64,000 bases of DNA, from positions 6,192 to 70,191 of the forward strand of contig DAHVMY010000001.1 in NCBI GenBank assembly GCA_027319585.1, read 5' to 3'. Positions 55,882 through 63,662 of the stretch are shown piece by piece (positions within the stretch are counted from its first letter, which is position 1; every line of letters begins with the position of its first letter). This DNA comes from Candidatus Dormiibacterota bacterium. GTDB lineage: Bacteria; Chloroflexota; Dormibacteria; Aeolococcales; Bog-877. Position numbers and translations under genes: made by a program. Below the pieces are notes generated by a model that made no database searches, was not told where the DNA came from, and worked only from the letters and a program-made list of their open reading frames with translations.

Positions 55882-56081
55882 GCGCCGTCTTCGCGCTTTC
55901 AGTGGCAGATTAGCGTCTGCTGGCCGAGAGCCCGAGCCGGGCCCCGACACCTGCCCCCGGCGAGCCGATAACTCCCATCGAGGTAGAGTCGACTCATTCA
56001 GTTGCCACTCGGCCAAGTGAGTGTCGGCCGCCTGCCGGCGCGGTTGGCCGAGCGCAGTTCAGCCCATGAGGAGGCCCTCCG

Positions 56082-56372
56082 TTGACCTTTCTGGTGCTAC
56101 TCACCGCCGGACCCAGAACCGAGGCGGTCGAGACGGTCCTGGAGCTGGCCGCGGCCGCCGAACAGATGGGTCATCATCTGGAGGTCTTTCTGGCGGGGGA
56201 CGGGGTGCTCCATGCCGCCCAGCTCGCAGGTCGGGTGGCGGTCACGCTCTGCGACGCGGACCTGCGATGGCGAGAGGCCCAACCCCAACCAGTTCCCGGG
56301 GTGCGCCGCGGCAGCCTGGCCGACCTGGCCCGCAGCGTCCGGAAGGCCGACCGTCTGCTCACGTTCGCGTGA
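56082..56372 (+). CDS. DsrE/TusD-like sulfur-relay protein (short, 96 aa)
   Basis: LTFLVLLTAGP...AAAAEQMGHHLEVFLAGDGV...VTLCDADLRWRE...ADRLLTFA parallels E. coli TusD (FAIVVTGP...GHEL..VFFY.EGV...NICVAAALRRG...DRVVQF). GAGGAGG RBS lies 7 nt before the TTG. Confidence 0.8.
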   Translation: MTFLVLLTAGPRTEAVETVLELAAAAEQMGHHLEVFLAGDGVLHAAQLAGRVAVTLCDADLRWREAQPQPVPGVRRGSLADLARSVRKADRLLTFA

Positions 56373-56731
56373 TCGACTCTACCGGCGCCGTCGTGGTCCT
56401 GGCGCGGGGCTCGCTCGCCGGTGACACCGCCCATCTGGCGGTGAGGGTGGCGCTGGCGCTGCCGCTCGGCGGTTCCCGGGTGGTGCTGGCTTTGGTGGAC
56501 GCGGCTGCGGCTTTGGCTCTGCCTGAGGCGGATCCTGGTGGCCGCGGGAGCCAGCTCGCGCGCGAGCTTGAGTCCCTCACTGAAGACGAGGAGGTGCCGA
56601 TCCTGGTTGAGCGCGACTCCCTGGTCCGGCTCGGCTTCGGCGATCGTGGTCTGCGCCGCGGGGCGGTCGCCGTCGATGGCGAAGAGCTGCGGCGGGTGTG
56701 CCTCATGGCGCGGAGCTGCCTTGTCCTCTGA
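56369..56731 (+). CDS. DsrF/TusC-like sulfur-relay protein
   Basis: GAVVVLARGSLAGDTAHLAVRVALAL...VVLALVDAAAAL...ILVERDSLVRLGF follows the TusC pattern. GTGA overlap with the upstream gene. In the frame of ORF 56021. Confidence 0.75.
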   Translation: MIDSTGAVVVLARGSLAGDTAHLAVRVALALPLGGSRVVLALVDAAAALALPEADPGGRGSQLARELESLTEDEEVPILVERDSLVRLGFGDRGLRRGAVAVDGEELRRVCLMARSCLVL

Positions 56732-57029
56732 AGAGCTTCGGGTTCTGCACCTCATCTCCCGTCTGGATGACCGACGGGCCTGGGCGGCCGCCGCCGCGGG
56801 TCCCGGCGTCGCAGGCGTGGTCCTGCTGCTCCATGACGCGGTGATGGAGACCAGAGAGTCGGTGGCGGGATATGTGGCGGCTCTCGGGCACGGTCAGGGC
56901 AGCTCGACCCAGGTGTTGGCGAGTGCGCGCGACGCGCAGCGCCGGGGAGTCGGTGACCGGTGGCGGACGATCGACTATCGCGAGATGGTCAAGTTGATGG
57001 CGGAGGCGGACCGGGTGATCTCCTGGTGA
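56721..57029 (+). CDS. DsrH/TusB-like sulfur-relay protein
   Basis: LRVLHLISR...GVVLLLHDAV...RWRTIDYREMVKLMAEADRVISW parallels TusB (MLHTLHRSP...LLLLQDGV...[21 protein letters not shown]). GGAG lies 5 nt before TTG 56721. Confidence 0.78.
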   Translation: MSSEELRVLHLISRLDDRRAWAAAAAGPGVAGVVLLLHDAVMETRESVAGYVAALGHGQGSSTQVLASARDAQRRGVGDRWRTIDYREMVKLMAEADRVISW

Positions 57030-57814
57030 GTGGCGCGGACGGCCCGTCGCCACTGGCTCGCCTGGATGACTCCGACATCGAGCGCTACAGTCGCCAGCTG
57101 CTCCTGGATGAACTGGGAGAGGCCGAGCAGCTGAGGGTCATGCATTCGCGGGCGGTGGTGATCGGATGCGGCGGGCTCGGTGGGCCGGCGGCGCTGCACC
57201 TGGTGGGCGCCGGTGTCGGGAGCATGCGGCTGGTCGACCCGGACCTCATCAGCTTGGACAATCTGCACCGCCAGGTCGCCTTTCGGGCCTCTGACGTCGG
57301 CCGGCCCAAGGCGGAGGTCCTCGGGTCGGCGCTGATGGAGCTCAATCCCAGAGTCGCGGCGGAGGCCCTGGTGGAGCCGCTCTCGCCCGCTTCTCTGGAC
57401 CTCACCCTGAGGGACTGCGATCTGGTGTTGGAGTGCTCGGATCAGCCAAGCCTCAAGTTCGCAGTCAACGATTGGTGCGTCCGGCACCGCGTGCCGCTGG
57501 TGGTGGGCGGCGCGATCGGCTGGCGGGGCCAGGTGACGTCCGTGGTCCCGGATTCCGGCTGCTTCCGCTGCCTCTTCCGGGCGCCCACCCCGGGGGCCGA
57601 CCTCACTTGCAGGCTGGCGGGGGTGATCGGACCCCTGGTCGGGGTGATCGGTGCGCTCCAGGCGCTGGAAGGGGTTCGACTCCTGATTGGTCCGGGTGCC
57701 AGGGAGGGACGGCTCAGTGACTTCGACGCCAGAACCGGGCGTTGGCGGGTGATGGCCCTGAGGCGGGATCCCGCCTGTGCGGTGCATCCGGCGGCCGGGG
57801 CGGCGCAGCCATAA
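57026..57814 (+). CDS. ThiF/MoeB/HesA-family E1-like adenylyltransferase, no rhodanese domain
   Basis: IERYSRQLLL...VVIGCGGLGGPAALHLVGAGVGSMRLVDPD...DNLHRQV...GRPKAEV...CFRCLF...GVIGPLVGVIGALQALE...DPACAVH. GTGA overlap with the TusB-like gene. 262 aa. Confidence 0.88.
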   Translation: MSGADGPSPLARLDDSDIERYSRQLLLDELGEAEQLRVMHSRAVVIGCGGLGGPAALHLVGAGVGSMRLVDPDLISLDNLHRQVAFRASDVGRPKAEVLGSALMELNPRVAAEALVEPLSPASLDLTLRDCDLVLECSDQPSLKFAVNDWCVRHRVPLVVGGAIGWRGQVTSVVPDSGCFRCLFRAPTPGADLTCRLAGVIGPLVGVIGALQALEGVRLLIGPGAREGRLSDFDARTGRWRVMALRRDPACAVHPAAGAAQP

Positions 57815-57915
57815 TTGGCGGATGCTGTCCCCTGGTTGCGTAGTCGCACGCCCCGGCACCAGCTCCGTAGGCCCGGCCCCGAGCCAGCGGCGCATTCCTG
57901 CCCGACTCGACGCGG

Positions 57916-58512
57916 ATGAGTAGAGACCGGACCCCGGAACAGGACTCCGAGCTGGGCCGCTTTTCGGTGATGTCCTCGGTCGAGCTGTGGCGCCGCACCC
58001 GGGTCATCCTGATCTACGTGGGGCTGGTGATCCTGGTTGGAGAGGTGATCGTGGTGGTGGAGCACCACGAGTTCCAATTGAGCTATGTGATCGTCGCCCT
58101 GATCGCCCTGCTCATGGCCGCGCTGATCTTCTGGCGCCGGCGCCACCACTACGTGGAGCTCGGTCCGGACGGGCTGGTGTTGAGGTCCAACTTTGCCACG
58201 GCCGCGATCCCCTACACCCAGATCCGGCAGTCGCGCTGTTCGACCTTGGCAAAGTTCTTCGACGCTCCCAACCGCAAGGACCTGCTCACCGGCGGGCTCA
58301 AGAGGTACGGCGGAACTCCGGTCTGCATCGTTCGCGTGGATGCCGAGGTGGACCAGCTGCTCCGGCTGGGGCGCATGCTGGGTCGGCGGACGGTCCTGGA
58401 CCAGGACCTGATCCTCATGGTCGAGCACCCCGACCTCCTGGATCACAGGCTGCAACCCCGCCTCCGTCGCCGACCACCCGCTCCCGCAGCCCGCCCTCGG
58501 CGGAGGCGATGA
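57916..58512 (+). CDS. Membrane protein with two TM helices and a bacterial PH-like domain
   Basis: VILIYVGLVILVGEVIVVV...YVIVALIALLMAALIFW followed by YVELGPDGLVLRS...IPYTQI. Arg-rich tail. Confidence 0.7.
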   Translation: MSRDRTPEQDSELGRFSVMSSVELWRRTRVILIYVGLVILVGEVIVVVEHHEFQLSYVIVALIALLMAALIFWRRRHHYVELGPDGLVLRSNFATAAIPYTQIRQSRCSTLAKFFDAPNRKDLLTGGLKRYGGTPVCIVRVDAEVDQLLRLGRMLGRRTVLDQDLILMVEHPDLLDHRLQPRLRRRPPAPAARPRRRR

Positions 58513-60407
58513 GCCCGGCGCTGAGCCGAACGGTCCAGCGCGAGGGCCCCTGGGCCCTGGCGGCGGCGATAGCCTTCGCCCTGCTGAGCCTGCTGCTCAA
58601 ATGGCCCGTCAACCCCGTGGTGGCCTTGGTCATGGCCGCCGCGGTCTGGGCGGTCTCCGTGCTGCTGCGCCACCACCGAGCGCTGACCGGAATCGACGGG
58701 CGCGACTGCGTGATCGCCGGGGTCCTGATCGCGGCCGCCCTGGCGGTTCGCCTGGGCAGCCCGATCTACCTGGACTTTCTGCAGGGCAACCTGAGCCCGG
58801 TGAGCACGGTGCCGGCGCCAGCGGGGGTACACCGGTCGCCCACTCACGACGTCTTTGGGGTGGGCGCGTGGGGGCTTGGATACCCATTCAATACCTCCGG
58901 CTGCACCGACGCGCCGGTGGGGCCGCACAACCGCGAGGTCAAGACCTGCGGCTACGTCTTCGACGAGGTCTACTTCCCGGTCGATGCGCTCAAGGACCTC
59001 AAGGGGATCGACTTCTTCGATCCCGAACCGCCTCTGACCAAGCTGCTCATCGCGGGCGGCATCAGCTGGCTTGGCTTCAACCCGTGGGGTTGGCGGATCA
59101 TGTCCGCGATCCTGGGCAGTTTGGTGATCGGGATCCTGTACTTCATGGCCCGCCGACTCTGGCGCCGCAATCGGGTGTTCCCCACGCTGGCGGCACTGTT
59201 TCTCAGCCTGGACGGCCTGGAGCTGGTGGAGTCGCGGACCGGGGTCATCGACGTGATCGCGGTCTTCTTCGTGATGCTCGCGTACTGGATGTTCCTCCTG
59301 CACTGGCACGCGCGTACCCGCCGGCAGTGGCTCGCCACCCTGTACCTGACCGGGGTGGCGTCCGGGCTGGGGCTCGCCTGCAAGGCCGACATGCTGCCGG
59401 CCATCCTGCTGATGGTGGTCCTGCTTGTGGGCCGTTTTCTGCGGCCTCGGCTGCGCCTTCGGGTCGGCCGCGGAGGGAGGTCACGATGGCTGATCCCTCC
59501 CTCCCCCGACGATCCCCGTGAGGCGGCACGGCGCACCATGGTCCGGACGCTCTCATGGTCCTGGCACTACCTGGCCGCCGGGGTGGTCATCGCCTTCATC
59601 TTCTACGGGTCCTTCTTTCGGTACTGGACCATCTCCCACAGCCTCTACGTGAACTTCGCCGACACCTCCGGCCCCACCGCCACCTGCACCGGGTTCGTGG
59701 CCACCGCCTCGGTCTGCGAGCTGCCGGTGGCGATGCCGCTGCGGGAGTTCCACCTGGGGCCGGCCAACCTCTGGCTCCCCACCGGCTTCAACGTGGTCCA
59801 GTCGCTCGCGGATGTGGAGTGGAACAGCCTGGGCAGCCTCAGCTACCAGGCGACGCTGAAGGCGACTCACCCCTTCGCTTCACCGTTCTACTCTTGGCCG
59901 CTCGACGCACACCCGGTTCTCTTCTACGCCACCTACACCGGCAATGGGGTGAGCACGGTCGGCGGCCAGACCGTGTCCAACTACACCTGGATCTCGGACA
60001 TGGGTAACCCCGTGATCTTCTGGCTGGGCCTCTTCGCGCTCGCCTGGTGTCTCTATCTGGTCCTGCGCCGGCGCGACCGGGTCGCCCTGTTCATCCTGGC
60101 TGGCTTCCTCTTCGACTGGCTGGTCCTGTGGTCCTGGCCCTCCCGGATCCTCTTCTTCTATGAGTACATAGAGGCGCTGCCGTTCGTCTGCCTGGCGCTG
60201 GCGTACTGCTGCGCCCAGCTCTTCGACGTGCGCGCCGTGGTCCAGGTTGCCCGGCTGCGCCTGGGCACCCACAGTCTGGCCCCGATCTCCGGCGCGGTCG
60301 TGCTCGCAGTGGTGATGGGGTTCGCCTACTTCTATCCCCTCTGGACCGGGCAGCCGATCCCCTCCACGGACTTCTTCCAGCACATCTGGATCCCCGGCTG
60401 GTACTGA
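58509..60407 (+). CDS. GT39 (PMT family) dolichyl/polyprenyl-phosphate-mannose protein O-mannosyltransferase-like
   Basis: CGYVFDEVYFPVDA (the DE motif of PMTs). Many TM helices. ATGA overlap with the PH-domain gene. In the frame of ORF 57987. Confidence 0.82.
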   Translation: MSPALSRTVQREGPWALAAAIAFALLSLLLKWPVNPVVALVMAAAVWAVSVLLRHHRALTGIDGRDCVIAGVLIAAALAVRLGSPIYLDFLQGNLSPVSTVPAPAGVHRSPTHDVFGVGAWGLGYPFNTSGCTDAPVGPHNREVKTCGYVFDEVYFPVDALKDLKGIDFFDPEPPLTKLLIAGGISWLGFNPWGWRIMSAILGSLVIGILYFMARRLWRRNRVFPTLAALFLSLDGLELVESRTGVIDVIAVFFVMLAYWMFLLHWHARTRRQWLATLYLTGVASGLGLACKADMLPAILLMVVLLVGRFLRPRLRLRVGRGGRSRWLIPPSPDDPREAARRTMVRTLSWSWHYLAAGVVIAFIFYGSFFRYWTISHSLYVNFADTSGPTATCTGFVATASVCELPVAMPLREFHLGPANLWLPTGFNVVQSLADVEWNSLGSLSYQATLKATHPFASPFYSWPLDAHPVLFYATYTGNGVSTVGGQTVSNYTWISDMGNPVIFWLGLFALAWCLYLVLRRRDRVALFILAGFLFDWLVLWSWPSRILFFYEYIEALPFVCLALAYCCAQLFDVRAVVQVARLRLGTHSLAPISGAVVLAVVMGFAYFYPLWTGQPIPSTDFFQHIWIPGWY

Positions 60408-60420
60408 AGGAGCTGGTCGG

Positions 60421-62655
60421 GTGCCGGGGATAGCCGTCTACTGGCTGCTCGTGGGGCTGGCCGGGGCACTCGTCGTGGACGCCGTCCCGTTCGGCTGGCG
60501 GCCGGTGGAGCGGTGGGCGGCAGCGGCTGTGGTGGGGGTGGTCTCCTCGACCATCCTCAGCTTCGGCCTCTCCCTCTGGCTGGGAGTGGGGCCAGGGGCG
60601 GCGCTCCTCGGGCCCGCGGCCGTGATCTGCCTCGCCGTAGCCGTCAGGGCACCGGTCTGGCGACTCCGGCTGGCGGGGGGATGGTCCGAGCGCCGTCCGG
60701 TCGGATGGGCCAGTTGGAGCCGCGAGACCCGCTGGGCGTTGGTGGCCGCGGCTGTGCTGGGCATCTGCTTCTGGCTGATCTTTCGCGGCGCCATCTACCC
60801 GGGGCCGGCCGGGACGCTGCTGGCCAACAGCCACCTGTGGGGCGACTGGTCTGTCCACACGAGTTACGCCCAGAGCTTCTGGTTGGGGCACAACCTGCCA
60901 CCGTCCGACTCGCTTGAGTCCGGGACCGCGATGCGATACCCGTTTCTGGTTGACTTCCAGCCCGCCCTCCTGGAGGCCCTGGGTCAGAACCTCTACGGCA
61001 GCCTCGACATGTCGTCCTTCGTGGTCGCCTGGGCGGCTGGGGTCCTGGTCTGGCACCTGGCTCTGCGGGTCACGGCGCGACCCGTGGCGGCCTCGATCGT
61101 GGTGTTGCTGATCCTGCTCGGGGGTGGACTGGGGTTTGCCGCCGCCTACCCCGACGGCTGCCAGCAGGTGGCCAGCGCCCATCCCGCCTACCCAGCCGTC
61201 TCGTGCACCACATTGACCACGTCCACACCCGCGGCGGTGGCGGGGTTCCTCGAGCATCTGCCGACCGAGCTGACCCACCTGCCCCGCGCCTACGACGGCG
61301 AGCCCCCAGGGCCACCGGCGCTTCCCGATCTGGTGTGGTATGACCCGCTGCTGACCCTCTGGATGCCGCAGCGCGACCTCGCCTTCGGCATGGCGCTGGT
61401 CGCGCTCACCCTCTCCATCCTGTGGGAGAGCCTGCGGTCCCGGTCTGCCCGAGCGCTGCCGGCCGCGGCCGCGATCGCCGCCGCCCTGCCGTTTCTCAAC
61501 CCCTTCGGCTACTTGGTGGTCGGGCTGGTCGGGATGTGGTGGGTGGGGTGGGGCCGGTGGGTGCGGGGGCTCTTGGCGTTTGAGCTGCCGCTGGCTCTGC
61601 TGGGCGCTCCGCAGCTGTGGTTTGTGGTCTCGGGCCCGCACGGACAGTTGGGTGGCCCGGTCGGGACCAATCTCTTCCCCCAACTCGATCTGGGGTGGCT
61701 TTCCCACGCCACCACCGCATGCACCGCGGCCCAGCTCCAAGCCGGGGCCGGATGCGACAGCCTGTACCTCACCGGAGCTTCCGTCGGGACCATGCTGGCG
61801 TACGTGGCCAGAACCCTGAGCCAGCCCGGCTTCTACCCCGCCTGGATCGGGTTCTGGCTAACCAATACCGGGATCTTCTGCCTGCTGGCCCTGGCGGTGG
61901 TCGGTCTGGCGCTGAGTCCATCGAAGCTGGGCAAGACCATCCGCGAGCGGCGTCTCCTGGCCTTCGCGGCTCCCTTCTGGGTCGTGTTTCTGATTGCCAA
62001 CGTGGTGGTTACCCAGCCCTGGAACTGGGACAACACCAAGCTGTTGAGCTACTGGTACCTGGGAGCCGCGATCCCGGTCGCGTGGCTGATCACCTCGCCG
62101 CGCCGGCTCTGGTCCCGCGCTCTGGCGGGGCTTGCTCTGACCTCCCTGGTTCTCTCGGGCGCACTGAGTTTGGACACCGCCTTCGTCGGCCAGAGCAACC
62201 TGGTTGGGGCCCCGCCCACGGGAGCCAGCTCCGAGTTCGCGACTGTGGCCGCCCAGAGGGTGGCGGAGGTGGTGGAGCGCAAGACCCCACCCAACGCGAT
62301 CTTCCTCACCGAGGGCCAGCCCAATGATCCGGTCACCACCCTGGCCGGCAGGTCGGCCATGCTCGCCTACGACGGATGGCTTTGGAGCTATGGCCAGCCA
62401 TTGACGCGGCGGTACGAGGCCGCCGCCACCATCTACCGGGGCTGTCAGCCCACCAAGCGCTGCGCGGTGGGGCGGCTGCTGCGGCGCTACCGCGTCAGTT
62501 ACATCGAGTTCGAGCCGGGGAACTACAACAACATGCCCGCCAACCCCAGCTGGTTCCGCTCCCAGGATCTGCCGGTGGTCGCGAACCAGGGAGGCTACCT
62601 GATCCTCCAGGTCACGCGGCTGTGGTCGGCGCCCCCGCGCTCACGGGCGGGCTGA
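60421..62655 (+). CDS. Large polytopic membrane protein, probable GT-C-fold glycosyltransferase (family not recognised)
   Basis: 744 aa and at least 12 hydrophobic segments. Loop motif HLWGDWSVHTSYAQSFWLGHNLPPSD...MRYPFLVDF. Soluble C-terminal domain. Confidence 0.7.
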   Translation: MPGIAVYWLLVGLAGALVVDAVPFGWRPVERWAAAAVVGVVSSTILSFGLSLWLGVGPGAALLGPAAVICLAVAVRAPVWRLRLAGGWSERRPVGWASWSRETRWALVAAAVLGICFWLIFRGAIYPGPAGTLLANSHLWGDWSVHTSYAQSFWLGHNLPPSDSLESGTAMRYPFLVDFQPALLEALGQNLYGSLDMSSFVVAWAAGVLVWHLALRVTARPVAASIVVLLILLGGGLGFAAAYPDGCQQVASAHPAYPAVSCTTLTTSTPAAVAGFLEHLPTELTHLPRAYDGEPPGPPALPDLVWYDPLLTLWMPQRDLAFGMALVALTLSILWESLRSRSARALPAAAAIAAALPFLNPFGYLVVGLVGMWWVGWGRWVRGLLAFELPLALLGAPQLWFVVSGPHGQLGGPVGTNLFPQLDLGWLSHATTACTAAQLQAGAGCDSLYLTGASVGTMLAYVARTLSQPGFYPAWIGFWLTNTGIFCLLALAVVGLALSPSKLGKTIRERRLLAFAAPFWVVFLIANVVVTQPWNWDNTKLLSYWYLGAAIPVAWLITSPRRLWSRALAGLALTSLVLSGALSLDTAFVGQSNLVGAPPTGASSEFATVAAQRVAEVVERKTPPNAIFLTEGQPNDPVTTLAGRSAMLAYDGWLWSYGQPLTRRYEAAATIYRGCQPTKRCAVGRLLRRYRVSYIEFEPGNYNNMPANPSWFRSQDLPVVANQGGYLILQVTRLWSAPPRSRAG

Positions 62656-62756
62656 ATGGCCGCTCTGCCGCAATCCCGGTGCGAGAGCGAGCGCAGCCGG
62701 CATCAGCCGGTACGCTTGCCCGGTGACGTTTCCACTGCGACGCCAGCGTCGGCCGG

Positions 62757-63662
62757 TTGGCCAGACCACCGCCGGAGCCTTGGCGGAAGGGCCAAGGAGG
62801 CGGGGATCCGCACCCTCAGCCGGAGATGATTGACGGCCACTGCCATCTGCTGCCCCCGGAGCTGCGCGTCCCCGGGTCGCCCGCTTGGCGGGACCCCTGG
62901 TTCGCGGTCTGTCATGGGGGCGAGCACCCCCACTTCGCCTCCGGTGAGGACGTGGTTCGCGCGCTCGACCAGGTCGAGCTCCAGCGGGCGGTGGTGTTCG
63001 GTTGGCCCTTTGCCGATCCGGGGCTGCTGCGCTACGTCAACGACTACGTCGCGGCCGAGGCGGCCCGGTTCGTAGGACGGCTGATCGGGTTTGCGACGAT
63101 CAACCCCTTGGAGGCCGGGGCTTTGCCGGAGCTCCGGCGCTGCCAGGGCATGGGCCTGGTGGGAGTGGGCGAACTCAACTGTGACGCTCAGGGTTTCGCG
63201 TTGGCATGGGAAGGGGGGGTGCGCTCCGTGTTCATGACCTGCGCCGAGATCGGCTGGCCGGTTCTGCTCCATGCGAGCGAGCCGGTCGGCCACTCCTATC
63301 CGGGCAAGGGCACCGCGACCCCCGGGCGGCTGTGGCGGCTGCTCCAGCCTCTGCTGCAGGAGGTCCAGAACCTCCGCCTCTGCCTCGCCCATCTGGGTGG
63401 CGGCCTTCCCTTCTATGCCCACATGCCGGAGGTTGGGGATCTCTGCCGACGTCTCTGGTTCGACACCGCTGCCATCCCCTTCCTATATGACGCGCAGGCG
63501 CTCGCGGTGGTTCAGGAGCTGCTGGGGCCGGGACGCATCTGTTTCGGCAGCGACTTCCCGCTGCTCCGGCCGTCCCGGTACCGGGCCCATCTCGAGGCGA
63601 TCGTTGAAGCGGACGGAGGGTGGCTGCACGCCGGGACCGCGTCGTGGCTGGGCCTGGCATGA
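62757..63662 (+). CDS. Metal-dependent amidohydrolase (TIM-barrel, Amidohydro_2-like)
   Basis: MIDGHCHLLPPE (HxH)...LLHASEP...LAHLGGG...FGSDFP. The start is probably ATG 62826. Confidence 0.8.
   Translation: MARPPPEPWRKGQGGGDPHPQPEMIDGHCHLLPPELRVPGSPAWRDPWFAVCHGGEHPHFASGEDVVRALDQVELQRAVVFGWPFADPGLLRYVNDYVAAEAARFVGRLIGFATINPLEAGALPELRRCQGMGLVGVGELNCDAQGFALAWEGGVRSVFMTCAEIGWPVLLHASEPVGHSYPGKGTATPGRLWRLLQPLLQEVQNLRLCLAHLGGGLPFYAHMPEVGDLCRRLWFDTAAIPFLYDAQALAVVQELLGPGRICFGSDFPLLRPSRYRAHLEAIVEADGGWLHAGTASWLGLA

Noticed and set aside
57987-58508. 5' extension of the PMT frame (806-aa track ORF)
   Set aside because: It overlaps the PH-domain membrane-protein gene, whose own frame gives two clean TM helices. 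The extension is Arg/Pro/Gly-rich. ATG 58509 with its ATGA overlap is a much better start.
60091-61740. 549-aa ORF antisense to the PMT and GT-C-like membrane genes (also 58443..59309 and 14030..15415 elsewhere)
   Set aside because: These are antisense to genes whose sense frames give clean TM-helix or enzyme motifs. The translations are Arg/Pro/Gly-rich.
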